64,000 bases of DNA from positions 1,692 through 65,691 of the forward strand of contig JBEBGG010000002.1 in assembly GCA_040081555.1 (NCBI GenBank), written 5' to 3'. Numbering within the stretch: position 1 is the stretch's first letter; each line of letters begins with the position of its first letter. The translations under genes were made by a program, and so were the position numbers. The notes under the pieces were generated by a model. The model saw only the letters and a list, made by a program, of their open reading frames with translations, was not told where the DNA came from and made no database searches. Below are positions 16,875 to 25,943 of the stretch, piece by piece. This DNA is from Vicinamibacterales bacterium. GTDB taxonomy: Bacteria > Acidobacteriota > Vicinamibacteria > Vicinamibacterales > CAVVIG01.

Positions 16875-18029
16875 TTACGAAGCTGATCGTTGGGTACCAA
16901 TTTCGCAATTGGGGCCTTCGTCGCGGTTGAAAGAGGTCGTGATCAAGTCGCGCAGTGCGGCGACCGACGGCGTGCTGTTCAGCGCGTGACGCAGTTCCGG
17001 TCCGCCATCGAGGCCCTTGGTGTAGTAACCGCCGAGCGCCCGAATCTTGTTGATGACCCAGCGGTCGTGAGAGGTCCTGAGTTCTGAATTCGGAATGCTT
17101 GGTGCGTTCTCGGTACCAAGTTCAGGGTTCCGTGCCAGCTTCGGCACAGCACGCTCGTTCTCGCGCACTCGCTCATGCTCGAGCAGGGCAATGTAGTCCA
17201 GCAGAAACTGGCCGCGCTCGGCCCGACTGGCGACGCGGGCAGGGCGACCGCTCAGTAGATCCGCAGCTTGCGCGAGGATCCATGGATTGCGAAGTACGCC
17301 CCGGCCGACAAGCACCCCCGCGACGCCGCTCTGCAGTTTCTCGACGATCTGTTCTGGTGTCACCACGTCGCCGCTACCGAAGACCGGAATCGTCAGCCGT
17401 GACGCAACTCGGGCCACGATGTCCCAATCCGCGGCGCCGGTGTAGCTTTGCGCTGCGGTCCGGCCGTGGATAGTAACCGCGCTTGCGCCCGCATCTTGCA
17501 CCATCTCCGCCACCGTTTCGCAGTTGCGCTCGGCGTCGTTCCACCCACTGCGCATCTTGACCGTGACAGGGATCTTCACCGCCTTTGTCATTGCCGCAAT
17601 CACCTCCGCGGCGTGCGTTGGCTCGCGCATCAGGCTGCAGCCCGCGTGGTGCTTGGCGATCTTCGGCACCGGGCAACCCATATTGACGTCGACAATATCG
17701 GCGCCCATCTGTTCGACGATCTGTGCGGCCACCGACATCTTCGCCGGATCGCCCCCGAAGATCTGAATTGAGACTGGCCGTTCCTCGGCGGTGTACTCGG
17801 CAAATTCGAGAGTGCGGTCGATTCCTCGGACAAGCCCTTCTGAGCTGACCATCTCGGTAACAACCAGACCGCAGCCGCCGAGGCGCTTCACAAGTCTTCG
17901 AAAGGCGGAGTCCGTCATGCCAGCCATGGGGGCAATTCCCAAGGGGGCCGGAAGCAGGGCGCCGCCGATTCTCAACGGCTGAAACAAGTTCATCGAATTG
18001 CTGACAATAGTCGAACCGTTCATGTCCAA
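16875..18029 (-). CDS. dusB: tRNA-dihydrouridine synthase (DusB-like)
   Basis: 'LGIAPMAGMTDSAFRRLVKRLG', 'VDVNMGCP' and 'VTVKMRSGW' are Dus TIM-barrel motifs. The likely true start is the ATG at 17993 (MNLFQPLRIGG...). Confidence 0.9.
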   Translation of the reverse strand: MDMNGSTIVSNSMNLFQPLRIGGALLPAPLGIAPMAGMTDSAFRRLVKRLGGCGLVVTEMVSSEGLVRGIDRTLEFAEYTAEERPVSIQIFGGDPAKMSVAAQIVEQMGADIVDVNMGCPVPKIAKHHAGCSLMREPTHAAEVIAAMTKAVKIPVTVKMRSGWNDAERNCETVAEMVQDAGASAVTIHGRTAAQSYTGAADWDIVARVASRLTIPVFGSGDVVTPEQIVEKLQSGVAGVLVGRGVLRNPWILAQAADLLSGRPARVASRAERGQFLLDYIALLEHERVRENERAVPKLARNPELGTENAPSIPNSELRTSHDRWVINKIRALGGYYTKGLDGGPELRHALNSTPSVAALRDLITTSFNRDEGPNCEIGTQRSAS

Positions 18030-18290
18030 ATAGCCGCTGAATTCTCGGACGGTGGTCTACAGGGCCCAGGAAAGTCTATCCACTAAGTCGATGTTGAACA
18101 ATAAGTTATAGTCTCAAATGTCCCGTCACTGCACAGGTCGGCGCGGCTCTGCTGCGGGCGGAGATCTGGAAATGATGTGTTAGGCCTTCCCCGATCTTGG
18201 AGGGAGTCTCTTCGTGGCTCGATGATTGCTCTTGAGCTAGTTACTAATCCGCGTGTAGCGCGCACCTTGCAGACTGATACCCCCTTTCAG

Positions 18291-19706
18291 ATGCCGGCTC
18301 GGCCGTACATCCTCATCGCCATCTCAAACGTCAGCCGCGCGACTCGCTATCGCCAGTTTGCCGGGGCGACGTTGCGTCTCGACACGACCGTCGTGCGCGA
18401 TGGCGAAGAAGCGTTGCAGGAAATGGCGCGGCGCGGAGCCCCGTCCCTGCTCATTGTCGACCTCTCTCTGCCACGCGTCGATGGGTTTGCCGTTGTACGA
18501 AAGGTGCGCCGTCAGGCCACCGACGCCGACACCCGCGTCGTCGTTGTGGCGGCGCATGAGTCGCTGCTTGCTGCGGCTCGTGAGCTCTCGACGTCGCTGT
18601 CAATTTCGAGCATTCTGCCGCTCGACGTCGACGACGATACGCTGCGCGAGGCACTCACCGCTGAAGCAGAGGCAATCCAAGGCCCGGCCACTGCACCCGC
18701 CACCTCCGTCACACCGTCAAACCTCCGCGGCCGCGCGGTGGATGCTAGTGATGTGATGGACCGCGCGGCAATCGACGTGCGCCGACGCTTCAAGCTCCCG
18801 ATTAGCATTGCCTACCTCCGTATTGGGCAGGAAGAAGGCATGACGTTTCAGGTTGCGGCCTTGCATCCTGACGCCGCGGCTGCATTGCACGATATTTCGG
18901 AATTCAAGTTCCTGAAGCAGGTGGCCGACGCTGTCGATCCGCTGGTGGTTCCTTCTGTAGAAACACATCCCCTGTTCGCGCAGTACCTCGCCAAGGGACC
19001 GCGGCCCATTCGCGGCGTCGCCGCGGTGCCAGTGCCGATATCGCGGGGCGACGCCTGTGCCGCGATCTGCATCCTGGACACGAAACCGCTGACGCTCGAC
19101 GCCGCCGATATCGATGCCCTCGCTAACTTTGGCAAAAGCGTAGGGATGGAACTCGACCGGATGCTTTCGCCGCAGCCAAACGACTCCGGACCGCTTGACA
19201 TCAACGTCGAGGAAGTCAAGACGCTGCAGTATCTGGCGTCGACAGACCCGCTCACGGGCATCGCCAACAGGCGCGGCGGTGAGAAACATATCGCCAACGA
19301 GATCTCTCGCGCTAAACGGGAGCGTCGTCCCCTGAGTTGCGTCCTGCTCGATATCGATCGCTTCAAGCAGGTGAACGATACCTACGGACATCAGGCCGGC
19401 GACCAGCTGCTGCGCGATATAGGCACGCTGCTGCGTCGCACAGTACGCGCCTATGACATCCTGGTGCGATGGGGCGGCGAAGAATTCCTAATGGTGCTGC
19501 CGGGAGTTGATCTCGAGACGGCGCGTCTCCTTGCCGAGCGCGTCCGGGTCGCGGTAGAAACCATCGACACCCACGGCATCGGACCGGTGACCATCTCAGG
19601 CGGCGTAGCCAAATTCGAAATGGACTACGACTTCGCGACGACGCTCAAGACGGCCGACCAGCGGCTCTATCAGGCCAAAGCCAGCGGACGCAATCGGATC
19701 CTCTAG
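18291..19706 (+). CDS. Diguanylate cyclase with degenerate receiver, GAF-like and GGDEF domains
   Basis: 'RAYDILVRWGGEEF' contains the active-site GGEEF and an RxxD I-site at the PleD spacing. The N-terminal REC-like domain keeps 'LLIVDLSLP' but has 'ISN' where the acidic pair should be. Start is uncertain (longest ORF begins at 18177). Confidence 0.85.
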   Translation: MPARPYILIAISNVSRATRYRQFAGATLRLDTTVVRDGEEALQEMARRGAPSLLIVDLSLPRVDGFAVVRKVRRQATDADTRVVVVAAHESLLAAARELSTSLSISSILPLDVDDDTLREALTAEAEAIQGPATAPATSVTPSNLRGRAVDASDVMDRAAIDVRRRFKLPISIAYLRIGQEEGMTFQVAALHPDAAAALHDISEFKFLKQVADAVDPLVVPSVETHPLFAQYLAKGPRPIRGVAAVPVPISRGDACAAICILDTKPLTLDAADIDALANFGKSVGMELDRMLSPQPNDSGPLDINVEEVKTLQYLASTDPLTGIANRRGGEKHIANEISRAKRERRPLSCVLLDIDRFKQVNDTYGHQAGDQLLRDIGTLLRRTVRAYDILVRWGGEEFLMVLPGVDLETARLLAERVRVAVETIDTHGIGPVTISGGVAKFEMDYDFATTLKTADQRLYQAKASGRNRIL

Positions 19707-20213
19707 TCAGTATTCCTTCACGTCCGCCGCGTCAACGTCGACAGATACGGCCTGGCCGATCAGTTCGACTGACAATACCAGCCGCGCGCGCGGCGAGTCC
19801 TTGCGCATCAGTCTTCCGACCACACCTTTCAGCGGGCCGTGGACAACCTCTACCATCATCCCCTCCCGCAACAGTGGGGATGGGTCGAACTGCAACTCGC
19901 TGTCGACCAGAAGACGGATGCTGTCGAGTTCGATGTCTGGGATCGGGATCGGCTTGCCGTCAACAGAAACAATGCTGACGACTCCGGAGCATTTAAGGAT
20001 GGCGAGCGAATCGCCGGGAGCAAAGCGGGCGAAGCAATAGCCTGGGAACAGCGGCCAGCTGAGCTTCTTCTTGCGGTCTTTCCACCAGCTCCAACGCGTC
20101 ATCGTTGGAAGAAACGACTCGATCTGTTTTTGAGCCAACTGTGCTCGAACCGTCTGCTCGTGACGCGAGCGAGTCCAGACGGCGTACCATTGAGCCGCAG
20201 GTGCCTTCGTCAT
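19707..20213 (-). CDS. NusG paralog (RfaH/UpxY/LoaP-like specialised antiterminator)
   Basis: 168 aa. NGN domain 'WYAVWTRSRHEQTVRAQLAQKQIESFLP...LFPGYCFARF' plus a KOW-like segment 'GMMVEVVHGPLKGVVGRLMR'. Confidence 0.8.
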   Translation of the reverse strand: MTKAPAAQWYAVWTRSRHEQTVRAQLAQKQIESFLPTMTRWSWWKDRKKKLSWPLFPGYCFARFAPGDSLAILKCSGVVSIVSVDGKPIPIPDIELDSIRLLVDSELQFDPSPLLREGMMVEVVHGPLKGVVGRLMRKDSPRARLVLSVELIGQAVSVDVDAADVKEY

Positions 20214-20280
20214 CGAGGCACTTTAGTGGACCACTTCCCGTGACAGCTCACCGGCGCGCCTCACACAGTGATGCGTCGCG

Positions 20281-21345
20281 CTACTGGAGCGGTGACGCCG
20301 CGCCCGAGGCCTTCGACTGCTTGACGCCGTCGTCGTACGAGCGCTTCACTTCGGCGTTCTTCCATTCGATGATCGCTTCAGCGCGCAGCTTCTCGAGATA
20401 CTTCTGGAATTCGCTCTGCCGCTTGGCCGTGAACACGCGATTGCTGATGTCTTCGTGAGCCTCGGCAAATGAGCGAGTGACCGCTTCGCTCTTCGATTCG
20501 AGCTTGAGTACCTGGTAGCCACGTTGACCGCGTAGGACGTCGCTCGTGTCGCCCACCTTCATCGCAGCAAGCACCGTCTTCAAGTCACTCGACACATCAT
20601 TCAAGCTAAGCGGACCGACGAGGCCCGCGTTGGCGCGGGAGGGTGAGTCAGAGAGGTCGGCGGCGAGCTTTTCAAAGCTCTCACCGGCGAGCGCGCGCGC
20701 TCGGATCGCAGTAGCCTTCGTACGAGCCGTAGTGTCATCCGCCACTGACGTCGTGGGTCCGGCCGGCACATTTACGGAGATCTCTCGCAAGGTAATCGTC
20801 TGCGGTGAGGTGAACTCGCTGAGGTGCGCATCGTAGTAACGTCGCGCCTCATCGTCCGACACGGCGATCCGGCCGAGGACCTCGTTCTGCTGGACACGAG
20901 AGATGATCATCTGACGCTCGAGATTCTTGCGGAGCTCAACAAGCGTCATGCTCTCCTGCTTGAGCGCGGCCTGGAACTGCTCGTCGCTCTCGATCTTGTT
21001 TTCTTTCTTGATGTTGTCGACTACGGTGTTGAACTGGTCATCGCCCATCCGGTAGCCGAGTTCGTGCCCACGCTGAACGATGAGCATTTCGTCGACGATG
21101 GTGACAAGCAGTTGGGGAGTGGCCTGCTGAAGCATCTGGCGAAGCTGCGCGTCTGGGAGATCCGACTTATCGGCCCCCGAACCCATTTGCCGAAGGGCTT
21201 GAATTTGACGTTGTTCAAGGTCGGTCTTGGTAAAGATTTCTCCGTTCACCTTGACGATGATTTGCTGGACGATGTCGGCGGTCAGCGCCGGCGCTGTGAG
21301 GGCGGTAGCAAGCACGACGACTGCCGTGAGTTGAGTGATCTTCAT
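20281..21345 (-). CDS. Periplasmic chaperone / peptidyl-prolyl isomerase (SurA-like, one parvulin domain)
   Basis: Signal peptide MKITQLTAVVVLATALTAPALTA, a SurA_N-like helical region and a PpiC-type segment 'GLVGPLSLNDVSSDLKTVLAAMKVGDTSDVLRGQRGYQVLKL'. Confidence 0.8.
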   Translation of the reverse strand: MKITQLTAVVVLATALTAPALTADIVQQIIVKVNGEIFTKTDLEQRQIQALRQMGSGADKSDLPDAQLRQMLQQATPQLLVTIVDEMLIVQRGHELGYRMGDDQFNTVVDNIKKENKIESDEQFQAALKQESMTLVELRKNLERQMIISRVQQNEVLGRIAVSDDEARRYYDAHLSEFTSPQTITLREISVNVPAGPTTSVADDTTARTKATAIRARALAGESFEKLAADLSDSPSRANAGLVGPLSLNDVSSDLKTVLAAMKVGDTSDVLRGQRGYQVLKLESKSEAVTRSFAEAHEDISNRVFTAKRQSEFQKYLEKLRAEAIIEWKNAEVKRSYDDGVKQSKASGAASPLQ

Positions 21346-21462
21346 GGAGTTTTTCTGCTAAAACGCTACCAAACAGTATCTTAACTTCGATCGACGATCT
21401 GGCTGACGTTGGATTCACCCAGGTCTGACCGCCGAACGATTCGACCAGGTAACCTGGCCACA

Positions 21463-24400
21463 TTACAGCGCGTCGACCAGGTCACTCAACAGGCCCCCAA
21501 CTTTCTCGAACAACCCACCTTCGGCACGCGGGTCGTCCTTTGTGGGTTGCAGGATCGCGTTCTTCGTGAACCCCGCCGTAACTTCGCCCGTGCGCGCTCG
21601 CGCCGTCCACCAGCTGGGTGCCACGGCCGGCTTCTTCGGCAGCTTTCCAGGTGCTCGAGCCTCAGCGCTCGGGCCTCGGACCACGGGACGAGGGGCTGAC
21701 GACTCGGCCATGGCCGAAGGCTGGCCCCCGGAGTCCGCAAGGTTCAGCCTCAACCCAGAGGGTGGCATCAGCGCCAGTTCGCTACGCCCCTTTACCAGCG
21801 ACACCAAGCGGATTGGGTCCAGCTTCGTCTGCGGCCTGAACCTTATGACGACGGTACGGCCTTCACGGTCGATCGATTCGACGCCAAGCCGGTCAGACAT
21901 GACCCGGATGCGTCCGTAGTCAGCCAGGTTGAGCAGCGTCGTCGGTAGGGGGCCATATCGATCGATCGCCTCCTCGAGGACTTGGTCGATCTCTTCTTCG
22001 CGCCTGGCGGATGCCACCTTGCGGTACAGCATCAACCGCTGGTTCATGTCGGCGACATAGGATTCGTCGATTCTGAAGTCGACCTTGAGGTTGACGGTCG
22101 CCCTGACGTCATCGTCGATCTCCTGACCGCTGAGCTCGCGGATCGTTTCTTCGAGAAGTTTCATGTACATCTCGAAGCCGACGCTTTCGATGTGGCCACT
22201 TTGTTCGCCACCGAGAAGATTCCCGGCGCCACGGATTTCGAGATCGAGCGCAGCGACGCGGAAGCCGGACCCCAGATCGCTGAATTCCTTGATCGCAGCC
22301 AAGCGCTTCTTTGCCACCGGTGAAAGGTTATCTTCTGGTGGAATCAACAGGTGCGCATAGGCCGGCCGATCGGAGCGGCCAACACGGCCGCGCAACTGAT
22401 AGAGCTGGGACAGGCCGTAACGGTCGGCGCGGTTGATGATGATGGTATTGGCGTTGGGAATATCGAGGCCGTTCTCGATGATGGTGGTCGCCACCAGGAT
22501 GTCGAACTTCCGCGCCACGAAGTCGAGCATGGCTCTTTCGAGGGTGTCTTCGGCCATTTGGCCATGGCCGACGACGATGCGGGCCTCAGGCACAAGTCGG
22601 CGCAGCAGGTCGGCTATCGAGAAGATTGAGTCCACGCGATTGTGAACGAAGAAGATCTGACCACCGCGCTCGAGCTCATTGCCAATCGCTCGACCGATCA
22701 CCTGTTGGTCGAACTTCACGACGTTGGTTTGGATTGACAGCCTGTCTCGTGGCGGTGTCTCGATAATCGACATGTCCCTGATGCCAACGAGCGACATATT
22801 CAGGGTACGCGGGATCGGCGTCGCGCTCATCGTAAGGACGTCGACCTTCCGCTTCATCTGCTTGATCTTCTCCTTGTGGCCGACGCCAAAGCGCTGCTCT
22901 TCATCCACAACCAGCAGTCCAAGATCTCGAAACTCGACGTCCTTCGACAACAATCGGTGCGTTCCGACGATGATGTCGAGTTTGCCAACGGCAAGGTCTG
23001 CGAGTGCCTCCTTCTGCTCAGCCTGACCGCGGAATCGGCTGACCATGGCGATGCGAACGGGGAAGCCGGCGAAGCGCTCGCGCAGTGTCTTCTCGTGCTG
23101 GAACGCCAGCACCGTGGTCGGCACGAGGATCGCTACTTGTTTCCCCTCCATCACGGCCTTGAAGGCGGCACGCATCGCCACTTCAGTCTTGCCATAGCCG
23201 ACGTCGCCGCACAGCAGGCGGTCCATCGGCGTCGGCGACTGCATGTCGTTCTTGATATCAGTGACCGCCGATTTCTGGTCAGGAGTGAGTTCGTACGGAA
23301 ACGCGTCCTCGAACTCTCGCTGCCAGTGTGAGTCGGCGCCAAAGGCATAGCCGGCCACCGCCTTTCGGGTGGCGTAGAGCTTCAGAAGCTCTCCGGCCAT
23401 GTCGCGCATGGCCTTCTTGACCTTGGTCTTGGCCTTCTCCCACGACGTGCCGCCCAGGCGGTCAATCGGAGGACGCGTAGCGCCCGTGTACTTCTGGACC
23501 AGGTCGAGGCGCTCGACCGGCACAAACAACTTGTCGTCGCCAGCGTAGCGCAGCTCGAGAAACTCCTGCCGGTCGTCGCTGCCCTGGCCTGGGCCGGTCG
23601 AAGGGCCGAGGCCAATCTGTTTGAGGCCCACAAACACGCCGATGCCATGCTCGACGTGCACAATGAGGTCACCGGCTTTGAGATCGCGCAGGTCTGAAAG
23701 AAACGCTTTGTTGTTTCGCGCCTTCGAGCGGGCGGCCGACGCCTGGCGGTCTTCGTCGAAGACGTCGCATTCGGCAAAGAGATGGAGGCCTGCATCTGGC
23801 AATCTGAAGCCACGCGACAGGAGTCCCGTCGTCACCAGCACCGAGGCGTAGCGCGCGTCTTCTGCACGGTCGATCGAGGCGGCGAACACGTCGTATTCCT
23901 TGAGGAGCTCAATCGTACGTTCGGCACGACCTGGCGTGACCGCTACGAAGAGCGCTTGCTCACCGGCGTCCTTGATGCGCTTGAGCTCAGTGACCCACTC
24001 CGGCAGACGGCCGTGCATTTCGACCACGGGCTGACTCCGCAACACCCGTGCGACCGGCTGCCCGCCGAGGGCGGATGCGCCGCCACTCGACTCGATCCCG
24101 AGTTCGGACAGCGACACCGCGGACGCCAAACGAGCGGTCAGGTTTCCGTGCTCGAGGAACAAGACGTCAGGTGCGAGCAGCGCGGTCCGGTTCCGCGTGT
24201 CCGCCGTCGCCCGTCTCCGGCGAGCGGGCGGGCTCTGAACGACGGCCCGATCCTCGGGATCGTCTTCCGCTGATAGCCGGCTCCACTCATCGTAGACAGC
24301 CTCGTCCCGCTCCTCTTCCTCGTCAGTTGCTTCGTTGGTGGCCGACCCGGAAGCGGCCTCATAACTTCGAACCACCTGGGCCAGTAACTTGGCGATCCCG

Positions 24401-25323
24401 GTCTCAACTTCGTCCGCTTCGGACACGAAGATGCGCGATTCTCGAGCCTGCGCCAGGTAGTCAAAGATCGTGGCACTGCGGTCGTCGCCGAGACGATCGA
24501 GGAGTGGCACCACTGTCAGTCGATCGACGGCCGCCTGCGATCGCTGCGAGGCGGCATCGTATCTCCGCATCGTCTCTATGGTGTCGCCCAAAAACTCGAG
24601 GCGAATCGGTTGGGTCTCATTTGCCGGAAAGAGGTCGAGAATACCGCCCCGCAGCGCGAACTCACCATGTTCGTCGGCTGGATCCTCGCGGGTGAATCCG
24701 GCATCGGTCAGCAGCGCTGCAAGGTCCGACGGCGCGATGTCATGGCCGGACTGCAGGTCGATGCCAGCGCCTTTCATCCGGGCTGGCGCGCTGACCCGCG
24801 GCGCCAGTGCTGGACCAGACGCGACCACGACCCTTACGGCCTGCGTCGTCAACGCGTAGAGGGCGCGTGCGCGTGAGGACACCACGCCGAAATGTGGGGT
24901 CATGCCCCGGTACGGATCAACCTCGTGCGAGGGGAAGGGGAGCACCGCGTCCTCTGCGGCACCGGGCGCGAGACCTTCGAGTGCAGACAGGAAGAAGCGA
25001 ACGTCTGTCACGACTTCGTCGATGTCGCGATCAGCCGGCACCACCACTAGCACTGTGCCTCTGGGCATGGTGTGCGCCTGCGTGGCGATGAACATCGCCT
25101 TGGCCGGCGCGGTGAGCCCTGAAATGGCACGGGCCTGGGCTTCCATCCCGCTTTTCGAAGCGGCGGACTTCAGAACAGCGAGGAGATTGAGCGAGGTGGT
25201 AGCAGTCACTGAACGTTCCAATCTAGTCTGCGCAGCGATGCATGATTCGACGGACCTCGTGGCGCCTCTGCGAGGTGGGACTAATGGTGATCTCTGGGGG
25301 GCCGATAGACAGCATATGCTCAC
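21463..25323 (-). CDS. mfd: Transcription-repair coupling factor Mfd
   Basis: 1286-aa ORF. Contains the RNAP-interaction (CarD-like) region 'GDLIVHVEHGIGVF', SF2 helicase motifs 'LLCGDVGYGKTEVA', 'LLVVDEEQRFG', 'TMSATPIPRT' and 'QLRGRVGRS', and the TRG region. The true start is probably the GTG at 25209. Confidence 0.93.
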   Translation of the reverse strand: MSICCLSAPQRSPLVPPRRGATRSVESCIAAQTRLERSVTATTSLNLLAVLKSAASKSGMEAQARAISGLTAPAKAMFIATQAHTMPRGTVLVVVPADRDIDEVVTDVRFFLSALEGLAPGAAEDAVLPFPSHEVDPYRGMTPHFGVVSSRARALYALTTQAVRVVVASGPALAPRVSAPARMKGAGIDLQSGHDIAPSDLAALLTDAGFTREDPADEHGEFALRGGILDLFPANETQPIRLEFLGDTIETMRRYDAASQRSQAAVDRLTVVPLLDRLGDDRSATIFDYLAQARESRIFVSEADEVETGIAKLLAQVVRSYEAASGSATNEATDEEEERDEAVYDEWSRLSAEDDPEDRAVVQSPPARRRRATADTRNRTALLAPDVLFLEHGNLTARLASAVSLSELGIESSGGASALGGQPVARVLRSQPVVEMHGRLPEWVTELKRIKDAGEQALFVAVTPGRAERTIELLKEYDVFAASIDRAEDARYASVLVTTGLLSRGFRLPDAGLHLFAECDVFDEDRQASAARSKARNNKAFLSDLRDLKAGDLIVHVEHGIGVFVGLKQIGLGPSTGPGQGSDDRQEFLELRYAGDDKLFVPVERLDLVQKYTGATRPPIDRLGGTSWEKAKTKVKKAMRDMAGELLKLYATRKAVAGYAFGADSHWQREFEDAFPYELTPDQKSAVTDIKNDMQSPTPMDRLLCGDVGYGKTEVAMRAAFKAVMEGKQVAILVPTTVLAFQHEKTLRERFAGFPVRIAMVSRFRGQAEQKEALADLAVGKLDIIVGTHRLLSKDVEFRDLGLLVVDEEQRFGVGHKEKIKQMKRKVDVLTMSATPIPRTLNMSLVGIRDMSIIETPPRDRLSIQTNVVKFDQQVIGRAIGNELERGGQIFFVHNRVDSIFSIADLLRRLVPEARIVVGHGQMAEDTLERAMLDFVARKFDILVATTIIENGLDIPNANTIIINRADRYGLSQLYQLRGRVGRSDRPAYAHLLIPPEDNLSPVAKKRLAAIKEFSDLGSGFRVAALDLEIRGAGNLLGGEQSGHIESVGFEMYMKLLEETIRELSGQEIDDDVRATVNLKVDFRIDESYVADMNQRLMLYRKVASARREEEIDQVLEEAIDRYGPLPTTLLNLADYGRIRVMSDRLGVESIDREGRTVVIRFRPQTKLDPIRLVSLVKGRSELALMPPSGLRLNLADSGGQPSAMAESSAPRPVVRGPSAEARAPGKLPKKPAVAPSWWTARARTGEVTAGFTKNAILQPTKDDPRAEGGLFEKVGGLLSDLVDAL

Positions 25324-25471
25324 CCCCCAGACGTCAGCGCTCTTGTTCGCGGTCTTGATCGCCTCGGTCCTCTACGTCATGCGCCGTCGCGTGCGGCTGG
25401 GCCGTCGTGTCCCGAAGTTCTAAAGGGAGATGACCCCATAGCGAGGGGCCGGATTACGCCGCGACCGGACG

Positions 25472-25939
25472 CTATTGTGGCAATGCCTTAATTCTGTCGA
25501 TGATCGACGAGGTCGAATAGCCGGCCTCTGTGGCCATTCTGACAACCCGTCCGCCCTTCGCTTCGACGACATCACGACCAACGATCGCATCCTCCGCCCA
25601 GTCCGCGCCTTTAACCAGTACGTCTGGTTGAATGGCACTAATGATTTCGTGGGGCGTCGGTTCGTCGAAGATCGCGACTCCGTCAACGCACGCCAAGGCG
25701 CTCAACAATTCGGCGCGTTCCTGCTCAGAGTTGATAGGGCGCGAAGGCCCCTTGTTGCCTCGGACCGAGCGATCTGAATTGACGGCCACCACTAATGTGT
25801 CGCCAAGCGTTCGCGCCGCCGAGAGGTAACGCACGTGGCCTGGGTGGAGAATGTCAAACACCCCGTTGGTGAAGACGATGGTGCGGCCGTCGCGGCGCCA
25901 GCCGTGGACCTGTATCAAGAGCTCAGGCAGCGCGAACAT
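25472..25939 (-). CDS. hldC: D-beta-D-heptose 1-phosphate adenylyltransferase (RfaE domain II only)
   Basis: 155 aa. 'VFTNGVFDILHPGHVRYL' is the cytidylyltransferase-fold HxGH motif in the RfaE-II context. No kinase domain is fused. Confidence 0.75.
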   Translation of the reverse strand: MFALPELLIQVHGWRRDGRTIVFTNGVFDILHPGHVRYLSAARTLGDTLVVAVNSDRSVRGNKGPSRPINSEQERAELLSALACVDGVAIFDEPTPHEIISAIQPDVLVKGADWAEDAIVGRDVVEAKGGRVVRMATEAGYSTSSIIDRIKALPQ

Positions 25940-25943
25940 CTGA

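Noticed and set aside
18100-18111. The exact 12-mer AATAAGTTATAG, shared between the dusB/GGDEF divergent spacer (18100-18111) and the oriC AT-rich element (43961-43972).
   Set aside because: A rough estimate gives hundreds of chance 12-mer matches within a 64-kb window. Two AT-rich islands sharing one such match is not significant without further copies.
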